A stretch of DNA of 64,000 nt from Solirubrobacteraceae bacterium (GTDB lineage: Bacteria > Actinomycetota > Thermoleophilia > Solirubrobacterales > Solirubrobacteraceae). Where the stretch lies: assembly GCA_036267075.1 (NCBI GenBank), contig DATAWT010000042.1, forward strand, positions 4,529-68,528, given 5' to 3'. The translations under genes and the position numbers were made by a program. Below the pieces are notes generated by a model. That model ran no database searches, was not told where the DNA came from, and was given only the letters and a program-made list of their open reading frames with translations. Below, piece by piece: positions 36,916-48,460 of the stretch (positions are counted from its first letter, which is position 1; each line of letters starts with the position of its first letter).

Positions 36916-37959
36916 CTAGGGCGTCGCGGGCTCGCCGACCCCGCCGGCGGAATGCTCGCCGACGTCGGAAGCACCCTCCTGCGCGGTGCTCGAGCGAAGC
37001 GGGCGGGCGAAGCGGCCCCGCCCGCGCTGCGGCTCCGCGGGCGACGGCGACTCCCCGGCGAAGCCGGCTGAGGATTCGGCGAGGCCGAGACCGACGGGGT
37101 CAAGCGCGGCCTCGAGCGCCGCGTGGGCGCCGGGCGCCGGGATCGCCCGGCCCGCGCCACGGTGGCGGACGGCAGTGGCCGGCGCGCGTGCGCGCAGGCG
37201 ACCGAACCCGCTCTGCAGGGCGTAGGCGAGGCCGAGCGTCGCGATCCCGGCGAGCACGTCGAGCATGTAGTGGTTGCCGGTCGCCAGCACGACGAAGGCG
37301 GTCGTCAGCGGATAGAGCACGGCGATCACGGCCACCCAGCGGCGGCGGAAGAGCTGCCAGAGCCCGATCCCGCTCCAGATCGCCCAGGCGATGTGCAGCG
37401 AGGGCATCGCCGCGAGCTGGTCGGCGTCGTCGACGAGCGCGCCGCTGCTCCACGACACCAGCGAATGCGACCTGCCGATCACGTCGATGAAGCCGCGGCT
37501 GGGGAAGAGCCGCGGCGGCGCGAGCGGGTAGCGCCAGAAGACTGCGAAGGCGATCAGGTTGACGATCACAAGGCGCGTGCGAAGGCGCCGGTAGAGCGGC
37601 GCGTTTCGCCACCACAAGAGGACCAGCACGGCGAGCGTCACCGCGCCATGGGCGAAGAAGTAGTAGTAGGAGGAGATCGATCCGAGCGTCGCGTGACCGG
37701 CGAGCCAGTGATTGAGCGTCAGCTCCGGATTGATGTGCAGCGTGTTCTCGAGGCTGAGCAGGCCGACGGCGTTGCGCCGCGCAAGAGCCTGGCGCAGCGG
37801 CGCGGCGTTGTTGACGACGTCGTAGAGCCAGAAGAGCCACGCGATCACGCCGAGCTCGATCCAGATCGGCGCGCGGCCGTCGCTGCGCCGCCCGATGCGA
37901 CCCCAGACCCTTTTCGGCAGCGCGCGAGCGCCCACTGCGACCCCCTCGACCGATGCCAT
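36916..37959 (-). CDS. PAP2-superfamily membrane protein (Aur1/Ipt1-like PAP2_C)
   Basis: Start at M112 (MASVEGV) of track ORF 36916..38292. It is multi-TM with PSLHIAW and GNHYMLDVLAG motifs and has a low-complexity C-terminal tail. Confidence 0.72.
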   Translation of the reverse strand: MASVEGVAVGARALPKRVWGRIGRRSDGRAPIWIELGVIAWLFWLYDVVNNAAPLRQALARRNAVGLLSLENTLHINPELTLNHWLAGHATLGSISSYYYFFAHGAVTLAVLVLLWWRNAPLYRRLRTRLVIVNLIAFAVFWRYPLAPPRLFPSRGFIDVIGRSHSLVSWSSGALVDDADQLAAMPSLHIAWAIWSGIGLWQLFRRRWVAVIAVLYPLTTAFVVLATGNHYMLDVLAGIATLGLAYALQSGFGRLRARAPATAVRHRGAGRAIPAPGAHAALEAALDPVGLGLAESSAGFAGESPSPAEPQRGRGRFARPLRSSTAQEGASDVGEHSAGGVGEPATP

Positions 37960-38005
37960 TCCTACATTCTCGACGATCGGGCGCGGCGGCGGCAAGCCCC
38001 GCCGG

Positions 38006-38971
38006 TCAGACGTGCAGCACGGCCTCGAGCGCCGTCGCGCCGGCGTTGGCGCCGCCGAGAACGGCGACGCGCGGCCCCCCGCCGGCGCCGCCCTCGCGAA
38101 GCGCTCCGGCCAGCGCCAGGCCCGCGGCTCCCTCAGCTGCGACATGGTGGTCAAGCAGCGCGATCCGCATCGCCGCGGCGATCTCCTCCTCGCCGATCTC
38201 GAGCCAGTCATCGACCAGCGCGGCGCAGATCGCGAGCGTGATCGAGCCCTCCTCGATGCCGCCGGCGGTGGCATCCGACAGCGTGTCCTCAAGGCGCGAG
38301 GCGACGGCCCGCCCGCCTGCGGCGACGGCGTCGGCCATCGCCGGTGAGGCGGCCGGCACGCAGCCGACGATCCGCGTTCCTGACCAGTGCGCGCGCACGG
38401 CGAGTGAGATGCCCGAGATCAGTCCGCCGCCGCCGACGGCGACGAACAGCGCCTGCGGCTCCTCGCCGAGCTGCTCGGTCAGCTCGAGGCCGACGCTCGC
38501 CTGTCCGAGCACGACGAGCGGGTCGTTGTAGGGCGAGACGAACAGCGCCCCGTCGGAGGCGGCCGCCTCGCGCGCGGCGAGCTCCGCGCGAAGCGGATCT
38601 CCCGCCACCTCGACGAGCTCGACGCCGGCGGCGCGCAGGCGCGCCAGCTTGAAGCCCGACGCCGAGGAGGGCACGAAAACCCGGCAGGACATGCCAAGCC
38701 CGGCGGCGACGTGGGCGACGGCGAGTCCGTGGTTGCCGGTCGAGGCCGCGATCACCGAGCGCGCCCCGGCGAGGTGGCCGGCGGTCAGCGCCGAGGCGGC
38801 GCCACGGACCTTGAAGGAGCCCGTTCGCTGGAGCGTCTCGAGCTTCAGCAGGAGGCCCGGCGCGGCCTCGATCAGCGGCGTCTCGCGCACCCAGCGCCGG
38901 ATCCGCGCGCGGGTCTCAAGCGCCGCCTCGTGGCTGCGCGCCAGGTCCGACTCGAGCGCCCCGCCGCTCAC
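38006..38971 (-). CDS. PLP-dependent threonine/serine dehydratase family enzyme (no ACT domain)
   Basis: PLP-lysine motif TGSFKVRGA, ASTGNHG and the GGGGL loop. The GTG start (V138) overlaps the stop of the upstream gene (GTGA). Confidence 0.8.
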   Translation of the reverse strand: MSGGALESDLARSHEAALETRARIRRWVRETPLIEAAPGLLLKLETLQRTGSFKVRGAASALTAGHLAGARSVIAASTGNHGLAVAHVAAGLGMSCRVFVPSSASGFKLARLRAAGVELVEVAGDPLRAELAAREAAASDGALFVSPYNDPLVVLGQASVGLELTEQLGEEPQALFVAVGGGGLISGISLAVRAHWSGTRIVGCVPAASPAMADAVAAGGRAVASRLEDTLSDATAGGIEEGSITLAICAALVDDWLEIGEEEIAAAMRIALLDHHVAAEGAAGLALAGALREGGAGGGPRVAVLGGANAGATALEAVLHV

Positions 38972-39600
38972 GCCGTCTCGAGGGCGCGCGCGATCGCCGC
39001 GGCGCCGCCCGAGAGGACCGGCTCGCCATGGGAGACGAGCACCGCCTCGCAATCGAGCTCGAGCAGCGGCGCGAGCATCGCCGCGAGCTCCGCCGCGCCG
39101 GGCGGCGGAGCGAGGTAGCGCATCCAGGACTGCGGGCACAGCCGCAGGGTGCCGCCGCCGTCCTCCGCGCCGAGCAGGCGATCGCCGGGGACGAGCGCCT
39201 GCAGCTCGGCGATCCAGAACATCGTCTCCCCGGCGTCCGGGAACTCGAGCGCATCGACGAGCCCCGGCGGTGGCACCCTCGCGGCGCCGTAGCGCGCGGT
39301 CACCTCCGGGCAGCTGCGGCGGTGGAAGTGGATCGTCTGAAGCACCGCCACCGAGCGACCCTCGCAGCGCGCGTCGGCCCACTCCCAGAAGAGCTGCTCG
39401 TCGCTGTCCGGCAGGAGCGGATCGATGAAGACGGCGACGCCGGACGCCTCGTAGAGGACGCAGCCGACCTCGCGCGGCCAGTCACCCTCACCGCTCGATC
39501 CCGCCTCGGCGGGCTTCCAGGCGGGGTGTGGCGCGGTCCAGCGCCACAGCCCCGTTCTGATCTGCGATAGCTCCAGAGCGCGGAATCTAGTCGACCGCAC
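38968..39600 (-). CDS. Hypothetical protein, possibly a degenerate MBL-fold
   Basis: 210-aa ORF with high GC3. It has LQTIHFHRRS (an HxH remnant) and a VLVSHGEP-like C-terminal motif. It is translationally coupled to the dehydratase gene. Confidence 0.5.
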   Translation of the reverse strand: MRSTRFRALELSQIRTGLWRWTAPHPAWKPAEAGSSGEGDWPREVGCVLYEASGVAVFIDPLLPDSDEQLFWEWADARCEGRSVAVLQTIHFHRRSCPEVTARYGAARVPPPGLVDALEFPDAGETMFWIAELQALVPGDRLLGAEDGGGTLRLCPQSWMRYLAPPPGAAELAAMLAPLLELDCEAVLVSHGEPVLSGGAAAIARALETA

Positions 39601-39651
39601 GGAGGCGCACGCGGCACGCCCGCGCGCCCGGCGGCGGAGCGCCCCGCCGGC

Positions 39652-40812
39652 TCACGCGGCCCGGATCGCGCGCTCCCGCGCGCGCTGGCGCACCGCCGTC
39701 GCCGCCCACCACAGGGCCAGCCCGCAGAGCGCGAACGGCAGCACGATCGCCAGCACGACGAGCGCGATCGCGAGGATCTCCTCGAGTGCGTGGAGGGCGT
39801 CGTGGTAGGCGCCCGCGAGCGCGCCGGTGTGGCCCGAGCGCTTCGGCGCGGCGCCGACGACCAGCTGCACTGCGAGCGTCGCGTCGGCGGCGTCGCGCTG
39901 AAGGCGCGTGATCGTCTCCTGCTCGATCGCGATCCGCGTGTTGAGCCCCGCGATCTGCTTGCGCAGGCTCGCCGCCTGCGTCGCGCTGACCGCGACGGCG
40001 AGCTGCCTGCGAAGCGACGCGCGCTGCGCGATCCGTTTGGCCAGCAGCGCGACCTCGCGCGTGTAGGGGTTGGTGATGTCCTGCGTCGACTGGTTGAGCG
40101 CCGCCACGCTGGCGAGGCTCGAGAGCGCCGAGATCAGCCGCGCGAGCCGTGCGCTTGGGACCTGTAGCGAGAAGTTCGCGTAGCTCGAGCGGCCGCGGAT
40201 CGAGACGTTCGAGTTCTCGACGACCCCGCCCAGCTGCTCGGTCGCGGCGACGAGGCGGTTGGCGACCGTCTGCATCGAGGCGGCCGGCGTCGACAGCGTC
40301 AGCGTCGACCCGCGCTGGACGAGGCGCCTGCGGATGGCAGACTGCGCGGGGAGGGGCGTCGCGGGTGAACCGTGGGTCGCCGCGGGACCGCTCGCGTTGG
40401 CGGCGCCAAAGACGGTCGCCGAATGATGCGCCGGCGGGCTCGTGCGCTCGACGCCGGCGGCGGGCCCCGCCGGAGCGAGCGTGTGCCCGCCGCCGAAGAT
40501 GTCGTCGCGCACCGACCCCGACAGCAGGATCGTCAGTGTCGCGGCGGCCGCGACGAGCCCGCCGCTTGCGATCGCCAGCTGGCCGACGCGCGGCCGTCCG
40601 CGCCGCGCCCGGTGACGGGACGCCGTCCGCGCCGCGAAGCGCTGCTCGAGTGAGGCGGCGAAGACGGGGTCGATCGACGGCGCTCCGGCACGCACCGAGT
40701 CGACGAGCGCCGCGAGCTCGAGGTGCTCCTCGGCGATCGGCTCGTGCGCCAGGATGCGCTCGAGCGCGTCGAGCTCTGAAACCCGCCGCGCGGTCTCCTC
40801 ATCGCGTGACAC
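39652..40812 (-). CDS. Anti-sigma-like N-terminus plus DUF4349-like extracytoplasmic coiled-coil protein with a C-terminal TM
   Basis: The GTG start (V91 of the track ORF) overlaps the ECF sigma stop by 14 nt. One TM (LAIASGGLVAAAATLTILL), a coiled-coil region (LRKQIAGLNTRIAIEQETITRLQRD) and a terminal TM (ILAIALVVLAIVLPFALCGLALWW). Confidence 0.7.
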   Translation of the reverse strand: MSRDEETARRVSELDALERILAHEPIAEEHLELAALVDSVRAGAPSIDPVFAASLEQRFAARTASRHRARRGRPRVGQLAIASGGLVAAAATLTILLSGSVRDDIFGGGHTLAPAGPAAGVERTSPPAHHSATVFGAANASGPAATHGSPATPLPAQSAIRRRLVQRGSTLTLSTPAASMQTVANRLVAATEQLGGVVENSNVSIRGRSSYANFSLQVPSARLARLISALSSLASVAALNQSTQDITNPYTREVALLAKRIAQRASLRRQLAVAVSATQAASLRKQIAGLNTRIAIEQETITRLQRDAADATLAVQLVVGAAPKRSGHTGALAGAYHDALHALEEILAIALVVLAIVLPFALCGLALWWAATAVRQRARERAIRAA

Positions 40813-41326
40813 CGCACACCTCCCGAAGTCGTTCGATCGCACGGTGCAGCCTCGTTCCGGCGTTTGACTCGCTGCACCGAAGGACGCGGGCCAGCTCGGC
40901 GTGCGAGAGCCGCCCGAGGAACTTGAGGAGGATGACCTCGCGGTCGCGCGCCTCGAGCGACGCGAGACCCTCGCGGACCAGCAGGCGCCGCTCGGCCAGC
41001 GTCTCATCGACGTCGTCGAACTCGCTCTCGTCGGCGATCTCGCGGACGATCGCGCCTGCGCGCCGGCGCCGGCGCAGCTCATCGAGCGCGGCGTTGCGGG
41101 CGATCGCGAACAGCCAGGCCCGCGGAGTGCCGCGCCGCAGGTCGAGCAGCGCGCGGCGGCGGAACGCGCGCTCGAAGGCGAGCGCCGTCACGTCCTCCGC
41201 AGCCGAGCGATCGCGCAGCAGCGAGGCGACGTAGGCATAGACGTCGCCCGCGCTCGAGCGGTAGAGCTCGTCGAAGCGCTCGCGCGCTCCGGCGGCCTCA
41301 TCCGGCAGCGCCGTCATGACGCTCAC
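40799..41326 (-). CDS. ECF-type RNA polymerase sigma-70 factor
   Basis: Region 2 (DVYAYVASLL...EDVTALAFERAF...WLFAIARNAALDELRR) and region 4 (REVILLKFLGRLSHAELARVL.CSESNAGTRLHRA). Confidence 0.88.
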   Translation of the reverse strand: MSVMTALPDEAAGARERFDELYRSSAGDVYAYVASLLRDRSAAEDVTALAFERAFRRRALLDLRRGTPRAWLFAIARNAALDELRRRRRAGAIVREIADESEFDDVDETLAERRLLVREGLASLEARDREVILLKFLGRLSHAELARVLRCSESNAGTRLHRAIERLREVCGVTR

Positions 41327-41395
41327 GGAGTCATCATCCTCACACCTGCACTACGCTGATCCTGTCCCTTCGTCACAGCGGCCACTCACACCACA

Positions 41396-41875
41396 GTGTT
41401 AGAGGAACAAACGACTGCAATCGTGTCCAGCTCGAGCGGGTTTCCGCTCTGGAGCGAGGAGTATGAGTCGGCCTGGATCGGCCTGCTCGCGACCTACCGC
41501 CGGCTGATCCGCGAGCTCGATTCAGAGCTCGAGTCGGCGCACGGCCTGACGATGAGCGGCCTCGAGCTGCTCGTCCGCCTGGCGACGGCGCCCGAGGGCT
41601 GGCTGCGCCTCTCGACGCTCGCCGCCGAGGCCAACCTCAGCCTGAGCCGCGTCTCGCGGATCGTCGACGTGCTCGAGGCGCGCGGCCTCGTCGAGCGCCG
41701 CCCGTGCCCGAGTGACGCGCGCGCGATCAACGCCGTCCTGACCGACCACGGCCTGGCGGTCGCCAAGGCCGCGCAGGAGACTCACCTCGCCGCCGTCCGC
41801 GAGCGCTTCTTCGACCGCCTCAGCGAGGGCGAGATCCAGACGCTCGGCACGGTCTTCGCCCGCCTCGCTCCGTAA
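41396..41875 (+). CDS. MarR-family transcriptional regulator
   Basis: Winged HTH (LRLSTLAAEANLSLSRVSRIVDVLEARGLVERRPCPSDARAINAVLT). Confidence 0.85.
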   Translation: MLEEQTTAIVSSSSGFPLWSEEYESAWIGLLATYRRLIRELDSELESAHGLTMSGLELLVRLATAPEGWLRLSTLAAEANLSLSRVSRIVDVLEARGLVERRPCPSDARAINAVLTDHGLAVAKAAQETHLAAVRERFFDRLSEGEIQTLGTVFARLAP

Positions 41876-41968
41876 GCGCCGCCATTCGGCAGGCGCAGCG
41901 CAAGTCCGGGTTTCGCCGCCCCTCGCTGGGTAATACGAGGCGACCGGTGGCGAGCGAAACGGAGACTC

Positions 41969-44071
<2,103 letters not shown>

Positions 44072-44148
44072 CGGCGGCCCGTCCCTCTCAAAATCGTACC
44101 CCTGGCGGGGCACGGGCGAACGCCGCCCCCCGCGCCAGCCCGAAACCC

Positions 44149-44667
44149 TCAGGCCTCGCCCGCCAGCAGCGCCCGCTCATCGACGGCGCCGCGGACCTCG
44201 AAGCGCGGGCGGCCCTGCGCGTCGCGCGGCCAGCTCTCGGCCGGGCGGTCCCAGGCCAGCTCGACGCCGTTGCCGTCGGGGTCTGAGAGGTAGAGCGCGA
44301 GGTGGATGCCGTGGTCGATCGTCGTGCGGACCGGCCAGCCGGCCTCGCGCAGGCGCGTCAGCGCGTCGGCGAGGGCGGCCTGCGTCGGGTAGTTGATCGC
44401 GACGTGGTGAAGGCCCGTCGAGCCCTCGGGGGCCTCCGCGCCGTCGGCTGAGAGCCAGGTGTTGAAGCCGAGGTGGTGGTGGTAGCCGCCGGCGCGCAGG
44501 AACAGCACGTCGCCGCTTCGGCCCCAGCCGCTCACGCCGTGCTCCTCGAGGGCCACCTCGAAGCCGAGGATGTCGACGTAGAAGGCGCGGACCTTGTCGA
44601 TGTCGCTGCAGCGGAGGTGGACGTGGCCGATCCGCGTGCCCGGATCGATCGGCCCGCGCTCGCTCAC
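44149..44667 (-). CDS. VOC family protein (extradiol dioxygenase-like)
   Basis: IGHVHLRCSDIDKVRAFYVDILGF...GGYHHHLGFNTW...LYLSDPDGNGVEL. Confidence 0.82.
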   Translation of the reverse strand: MSERGPIDPGTRIGHVHLRCSDIDKVRAFYVDILGFEVALEEHGVSGWGRSGDVLFLRAGGYHHHLGFNTWLSADGAEAPEGSTGLHHVAINYPTQAALADALTRLREAGWPVRTTIDHGIHLALYLSDPDGNGVELAWDRPAESWPRDAQGRPRFEVRGAVDERALLAGEA

Positions 44668-45533
44668 GCCACGGCGACGGCGATCCCGGCCGGATCGCGC
44701 GCGAGGAAGGCGCCGTCCCCGCGATCCTCGATCGCGTAGCCGAGCGCCACAAGGCGCGCGCGCACCGCGTCGGCCTCGCCGGCCGTGCGCAGCGTCCAGT
44801 TGATCAGCCCGAGCGCGTCTGGTGAGGCTCCGCGGACGCCCTCGCCGCGCCAGAGGTTGTAGGCGACGTGGTGGTGGTAGCCGCCGGCCGAGACGAACTC
44901 GGCGTGCGGCATCCGCGCGCGGACCGCGAAGCCGAGGCCGTCGTGGTAGAAGCGGCTCGAGGCCTCGAGGTCGGAGACGTGGAGGTGGACATGGCCGACG
45001 CGCAGCCCCTCGTCGGCGTGCTCGCTGCGCGCCTCGCCGGCGATCGTCTCAAACAGCGCGCCGACATCGAGCGGATGCGGGCCGCCCATCGCGAACGGGT
45101 CAAGCGGCCACCCCTCGCGCGGGCGGTCGCAGGCCAGCTCGATCCCGATCCCGTCGGGGTCGGGGAGGTAGATCGCCTCGTGCGTGCCGTGGTCTGAGGC
45201 GCCGTCGATGCGCGTGCGCGTCTCGGCGACGCGGCGCCCGACGCGCGCGAGCTCCTCGCGAGAGCTGAACAGCAGCGCGTAGTGGTAGAGCCCCGACTCG
45301 CGCCCCGGCGCCCGCGCGGCGGGGTCTGAGTGAAGAACGACGACGCTCTCACCGCCGAGCCCGCCGAGCGACGCGCTGCGCTCGTCGCGATCGATCACGC
45401 GCAGGCCGATCGCGCGCTCATAGAAGGGCAGCGAGCGCTCGACGTCCGCGACGCGCAGCTCGACCGGCCCGAGCCGGGTCTCATCGGCCAGCAGGGCGCT
45501 TGCGGGCACCGCCTGTTCGCTCGTGGAACTCAT
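44664..45533 (-). CDS. Two-module VOC family protein (extradiol dioxygenase-like)
   Basis: Start at M159 (MSSTSEQ) of track ORF 44664..46007. It has two VOC modules (LRVADVERSLPFYERAIGL...YLPDPDGIGIEL and VGHVHLHVSDLEASSRFYHDGLGF...GGYHHHVAYNLW). Its stop overlaps the start of the downstream VOC gene. Confidence 0.8.
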   Translation of the reverse strand: MSSTSEQAVPASALLADETRLGPVELRVADVERSLPFYERAIGLRVIDRDERSASLGGLGGESVVVLHSDPAARAPGRESGLYHYALLFSSREELARVGRRVAETRTRIDGASDHGTHEAIYLPDPDGIGIELACDRPREGWPLDPFAMGGPHPLDVGALFETIAGEARSEHADEGLRVGHVHLHVSDLEASSRFYHDGLGFAVRARMPHAEFVSAGGYHHHVAYNLWRGEGVRGASPDALGLINWTLRTAGEADAVRARLVALGYAIEDRGDGAFLARDPAGIAVAVA

Positions 45534-45633
45534 TGCCTGCGCAACAGTCTGCCAGGGCGGGGGGTTGGGGCGGCCCGGGCGGCGGGGCGCCCGCCTGTGC
45601 CCCGCCAGGGGTGCGATATCGAGACGGCGTTTT

Positions 45634-46305
45634 TTGTGCAGACTGTCGGCCGTGGAGTGGCGGCTGCTCGAAGGGGTGCCCGCGGGGGAGGTTCGCCGCG
45701 TGCTCGAGATCGCCAGGCGGCGGACCTTCGAACGCGACGAGATCGTCTTCCACGAGGGCGACCCCGCCGACACGATCCACCTGATCGAGCGCGGCCGCGC
45801 CGCCGCGCGCGCGACGACGCGCCACGGGCAGCGCACGACGTTCGCCGTGCTCGGGCCCGGCGACGCGTTCGGCGAGCTGGCGCTGCTCGGGCCCAAGGCG
45901 CAGCGCAGCGCGAGCGTCGTGGCGATCGAGCCGCTCGTCACGCAGTCGATCTTCGAGGCCGACTTCCACCGCCTGCGCCGCGAGTACCCGCAGCTGACCG
46001 AGGTCATGATCGCGATGCTCGCGGCCTCGATCCGCCGCCTCAGCGAACAGCTCGTCGACGCCCTCTACCTGCCGGCCGAGCTGCGCGTCCGGAAGCGCGT
46101 CGCGGAGCTCGCCCAGCGCTACGAGTCAGTCGGCGGCGAGATCGTGATCCCGCTCCGCCAGGAGGACATCGCCGACCTCGCCGGCACCTCGCGGGCGACC
46201 GTCAACCGCGTCCTGCGCGAGGAGGAGCGCCGCGGCACGGTCCGCCTGATGCGCGGGCAGACGGCCGTGCTCGACCGCGAGCGGCTGTTCGAGCTCGTCT
46301 GGTGA
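45634..46305 (+). CDS. Crp/Fnr-family transcriptional regulator
   Basis: cNMP-binding-like domain (FHEGDPADTIHLIERG...GPGDAFGELALL) and a C-terminal HTH (QEDIADLAGTSRATVNRVLRE). The TTG start at 45634 is preferred; the ATG at 45523 would overlap the divergent gene start. Confidence 0.8.
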   Translation: MCRLSAVEWRLLEGVPAGEVRRVLEIARRRTFERDEIVFHEGDPADTIHLIERGRAAARATTRHGQRTTFAVLGPGDAFGELALLGPKAQRSASVVAIEPLVTQSIFEADFHRLRREYPQLTEVMIAMLAASIRRLSEQLVDALYLPAELRVRKRVAELAQRYESVGGEIVIPLRQEDIADLAGTSRATVNRVLREEERRGTVRLMRGQTAVLDRERLFELVW

Positions 46306-46431
46306 CGTAAGGGATCTGACCGCCCCAGCGGGCCGCCGCTCATCCCGCTCATAGCGGCCGTTTCGAGCATCGGCGGGGGGGAGACCGGGCCCAACGATCA
46401 CCGGCGCGTTGGGTGGACAACTCATCACGCG

Positions 46432-47742
46432 TCACTCCGCAGGGAAGCGCAGGCGCAGCCCCGGCGTGATGCGCCGGATGTCGCTCTCGTCGACCGCGAC
46501 GTCCTGCGCATAACGAGGCCATTCGGAGACGACGGCGCACACCTCGTCAAGGATGCGCTTGGCCTCACCCCGCTTGAGCCGCGCGACACGGCCCACCTGG
46601 TGGAAATCCTCGAGCGTGAAGCCATCGCGCTTGCCGGCCAGCGACATCTGGTGTTGCGAAGTCCATTCGCCCGTCGGGTTGTAGGAGTAGCTGAGGTCGA
46701 ACGCCGGCGAGAGTTCCCACTTTCCCGCGCGATCCATCAGGAACGCGATGTTCTTGACGTGGTCGTCCTGGTTTCGGCCGACGACGTTGAACAGCATGCG
46801 GCGGAACTGCTCGCGGGCGGCGTCAGCTTCCAGCCCGAGCGCGTAGATGACCTGGAATGCCTGCTCGTAGGAGTACGCGCCGGCCGCTCGGAAGTCGAAG
46901 TGGGCGAGCGCGGCGAGCGACTGCATGTGACGTTTGCCTCCGTCGTCGTCACGATCGAAACGGCGGGTCATGAAGTGGCGACGCCCGTTTTCCTCCATCA
47001 GCCGGCACTCGGTCATCGCGATGCCGCCGTCGCGGGCCATGTGCGAATACGCGAGTTCGATGGCGCCGAAGCCCGCCGGATCTGCGAGTCGCTCGCGGTC
47101 TTTGTTGCCCTTCACGCCGTCGAATTTCAACAGCCAGTATTCGAAGCCCGGGCCGGCGTCGAGCTGCCCCGAGCGGACCTCGCCGGTGGTGCGGTTCCAG
47201 GCGATTACCGCCTTGGCACGAGCACCGCCGGCCGACGTGCCGACGCTCAGAATGTCGCGCATCGCCTGCTCGCGCCGGCCGGCGGCGAGCGAGGCGACGA
47301 GCTCGGAGCGGTGGCTGAGCACTTCGGAGGCGAGCTCAACCAGGGCTGCGACGTGAAGTGTGTGGTTGCGCGTAGCGCGGGGCCCGCTCGCGGGTGCGAA
47401 CTCCAGCGCGCCCACCCCGCGGCGCCCGGTGTAGCAGAGTCGCTCGACCGCGTCGAAGCTTTCCGGGCTGCGCCCCTGTCCCGCCAGCCAGGCGTCGATG
47501 AGCGCCTGCCCGTAGCGGTCGGGCAGGGAATCGGCAAGCAGGCCGGGCAGGCCGTGGAAGCTGTCGAGGTTCAGGTTGGGGAACGCGAAGAGCCCCGCAC
47601 GCAGGGGCATCATGAGCGGCGAGACCTCGATGCCGCTGGCGCGGAACGCCCGGTCATACTCAAACCGTGCGGCGCGGCCGACGTCGAGTGAGACGGCCCC
47701 GATGGTGCTGCCCCAAAGGCGCACCATCGCCAACGAGCTCAC
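46432..47742 (-). CDS. hipA: HipA-family serine/threonine kinase toxin (type II TA)
   Basis: HipA N-terminal coupling region (GLPGLLADSLPDRYG), VGTSAGGARAKA and a catalytic region (RMLFNVVGRNQDDHVKNIAFL). 436 aa. Confidence 0.88.
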   Translation of the reverse strand: MSSLAMVRLWGSTIGAVSLDVGRAARFEYDRAFRASGIEVSPLMMPLRAGLFAFPNLNLDSFHGLPGLLADSLPDRYGQALIDAWLAGQGRSPESFDAVERLCYTGRRGVGALEFAPASGPRATRNHTLHVAALVELASEVLSHRSELVASLAAGRREQAMRDILSVGTSAGGARAKAVIAWNRTTGEVRSGQLDAGPGFEYWLLKFDGVKGNKDRERLADPAGFGAIELAYSHMARDGGIAMTECRLMEENGRRHFMTRRFDRDDDGGKRHMQSLAALAHFDFRAAGAYSYEQAFQVIYALGLEADAAREQFRRMLFNVVGRNQDDHVKNIAFLMDRAGKWELSPAFDLSYSYNPTGEWTSQHQMSLAGKRDGFTLEDFHQVGRVARLKRGEAKRILDEVCAVVSEWPRYAQDVAVDESDIRRITPGLRLRFPAE

Positions 47743-48095
47743 GCTTCATCGCCCCATTTCCAGGGACGGTCCGGCGCGACCTCTGCGCGGCCGTGAGCGC
47801 CGGATGCTCGTCGCCGCTGACGGCCGCGCAACTTCAGCTCTGCGAGGGGACTCGACGCCGCCGGCGCAATGAGCCGGTCGAGCGCGTCGAGCGCGTCGAG
47901 CGCACGCAGAACCCTGATCAGGTTGGTCGTGGTGACGGGCTCGCCCGCTTCGATGCGCTGTACAGCGGTCCGCGCGACACCGGCCCGCTCGCCGAGCTGA
48001 CGCTGGGTGAGGTCGCGACCGAGGCGGAGGCCTGCGAGACGCGCACCGAGCTCCCGCAGGACGGCTTCGTCGCTTAGCTGAGATTGGATTTGCAT
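47739..48095 (-). CDS. hipB: XRE-family HTH antitoxin (HipB-like)
   Basis: HTH LTQRQLGERAGVARTAVQRIEAG. ATGA overlap with the hipA start. M11 (MQIQSQ) is the preferred start; the upstream alternative lies in AT-rich DNA. Confidence 0.82.
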   Translation of the reverse strand: MQIQSQLSDEAVLRELGARLAGLRLGRDLTQRQLGERAGVARTAVQRIEAGEPVTTTNLIRVLRALDALDALDRLIAPAASSPLAELKLRGRQRRRASGAHGRAEVAPDRPWKWGDEA

Positions 48096-48096
48096 A

Positions 48097-48156
48097 GGGC
48101 TTCGTATTCCATGCTTTAGTAGCATTATCGGCGTTAAGGCTTCTCAAACGAAGCCC
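48097..48156. promoter_or_regulatory. Nested inverted repeats immediately upstream of hipB (candidate operator/promoter)
   Basis: gggcttcgt (48097-48105) pairs with acgaagccc (48148-48156). These enclose the palindrome atgct-ttagt-agcat (48111-48125). All of this lies within the only AT-rich patch of the window (about 48096-48310). Confidence 0.45.
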
Positions 48157-48460
48157 ATCAACTAGAAGATCATAGCAGACTTTCGGCATCGTAAATAAAG
48201 CTGTACGGCTAATTTCGACCGTAATGCTTCATATAACGAGCTAAATGGCGCTATAGGTTTCTCGGTCTGCCCACGTTGTGTCGCGAACTTGACACAGGCG
48301 GTGTCACGGATGTTCACGACGCGAAGCTCGCCGCGTCGTAGATTGCTCCGCGTAAGGACCGAGCAGCATTCTCAGGAGAGAGAACAGAAGCGTCGTCGAC
48401 CTCCTGTGACGACCAAAGCGTGTCGACCCGGCAAGGACGCCGGGCCGGAACGCGCCCAAG

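Noticed and set aside
48096-48310. The AT-rich patch, considered as a possible mobile-element end or integration scar.
   Set aside because: There is no transposase, integrase, tRNA gene or terminal inverted repeat pair flanking the hipBA module in the window. I kept it only as a compositional anomaly and promoter/operator candidate.
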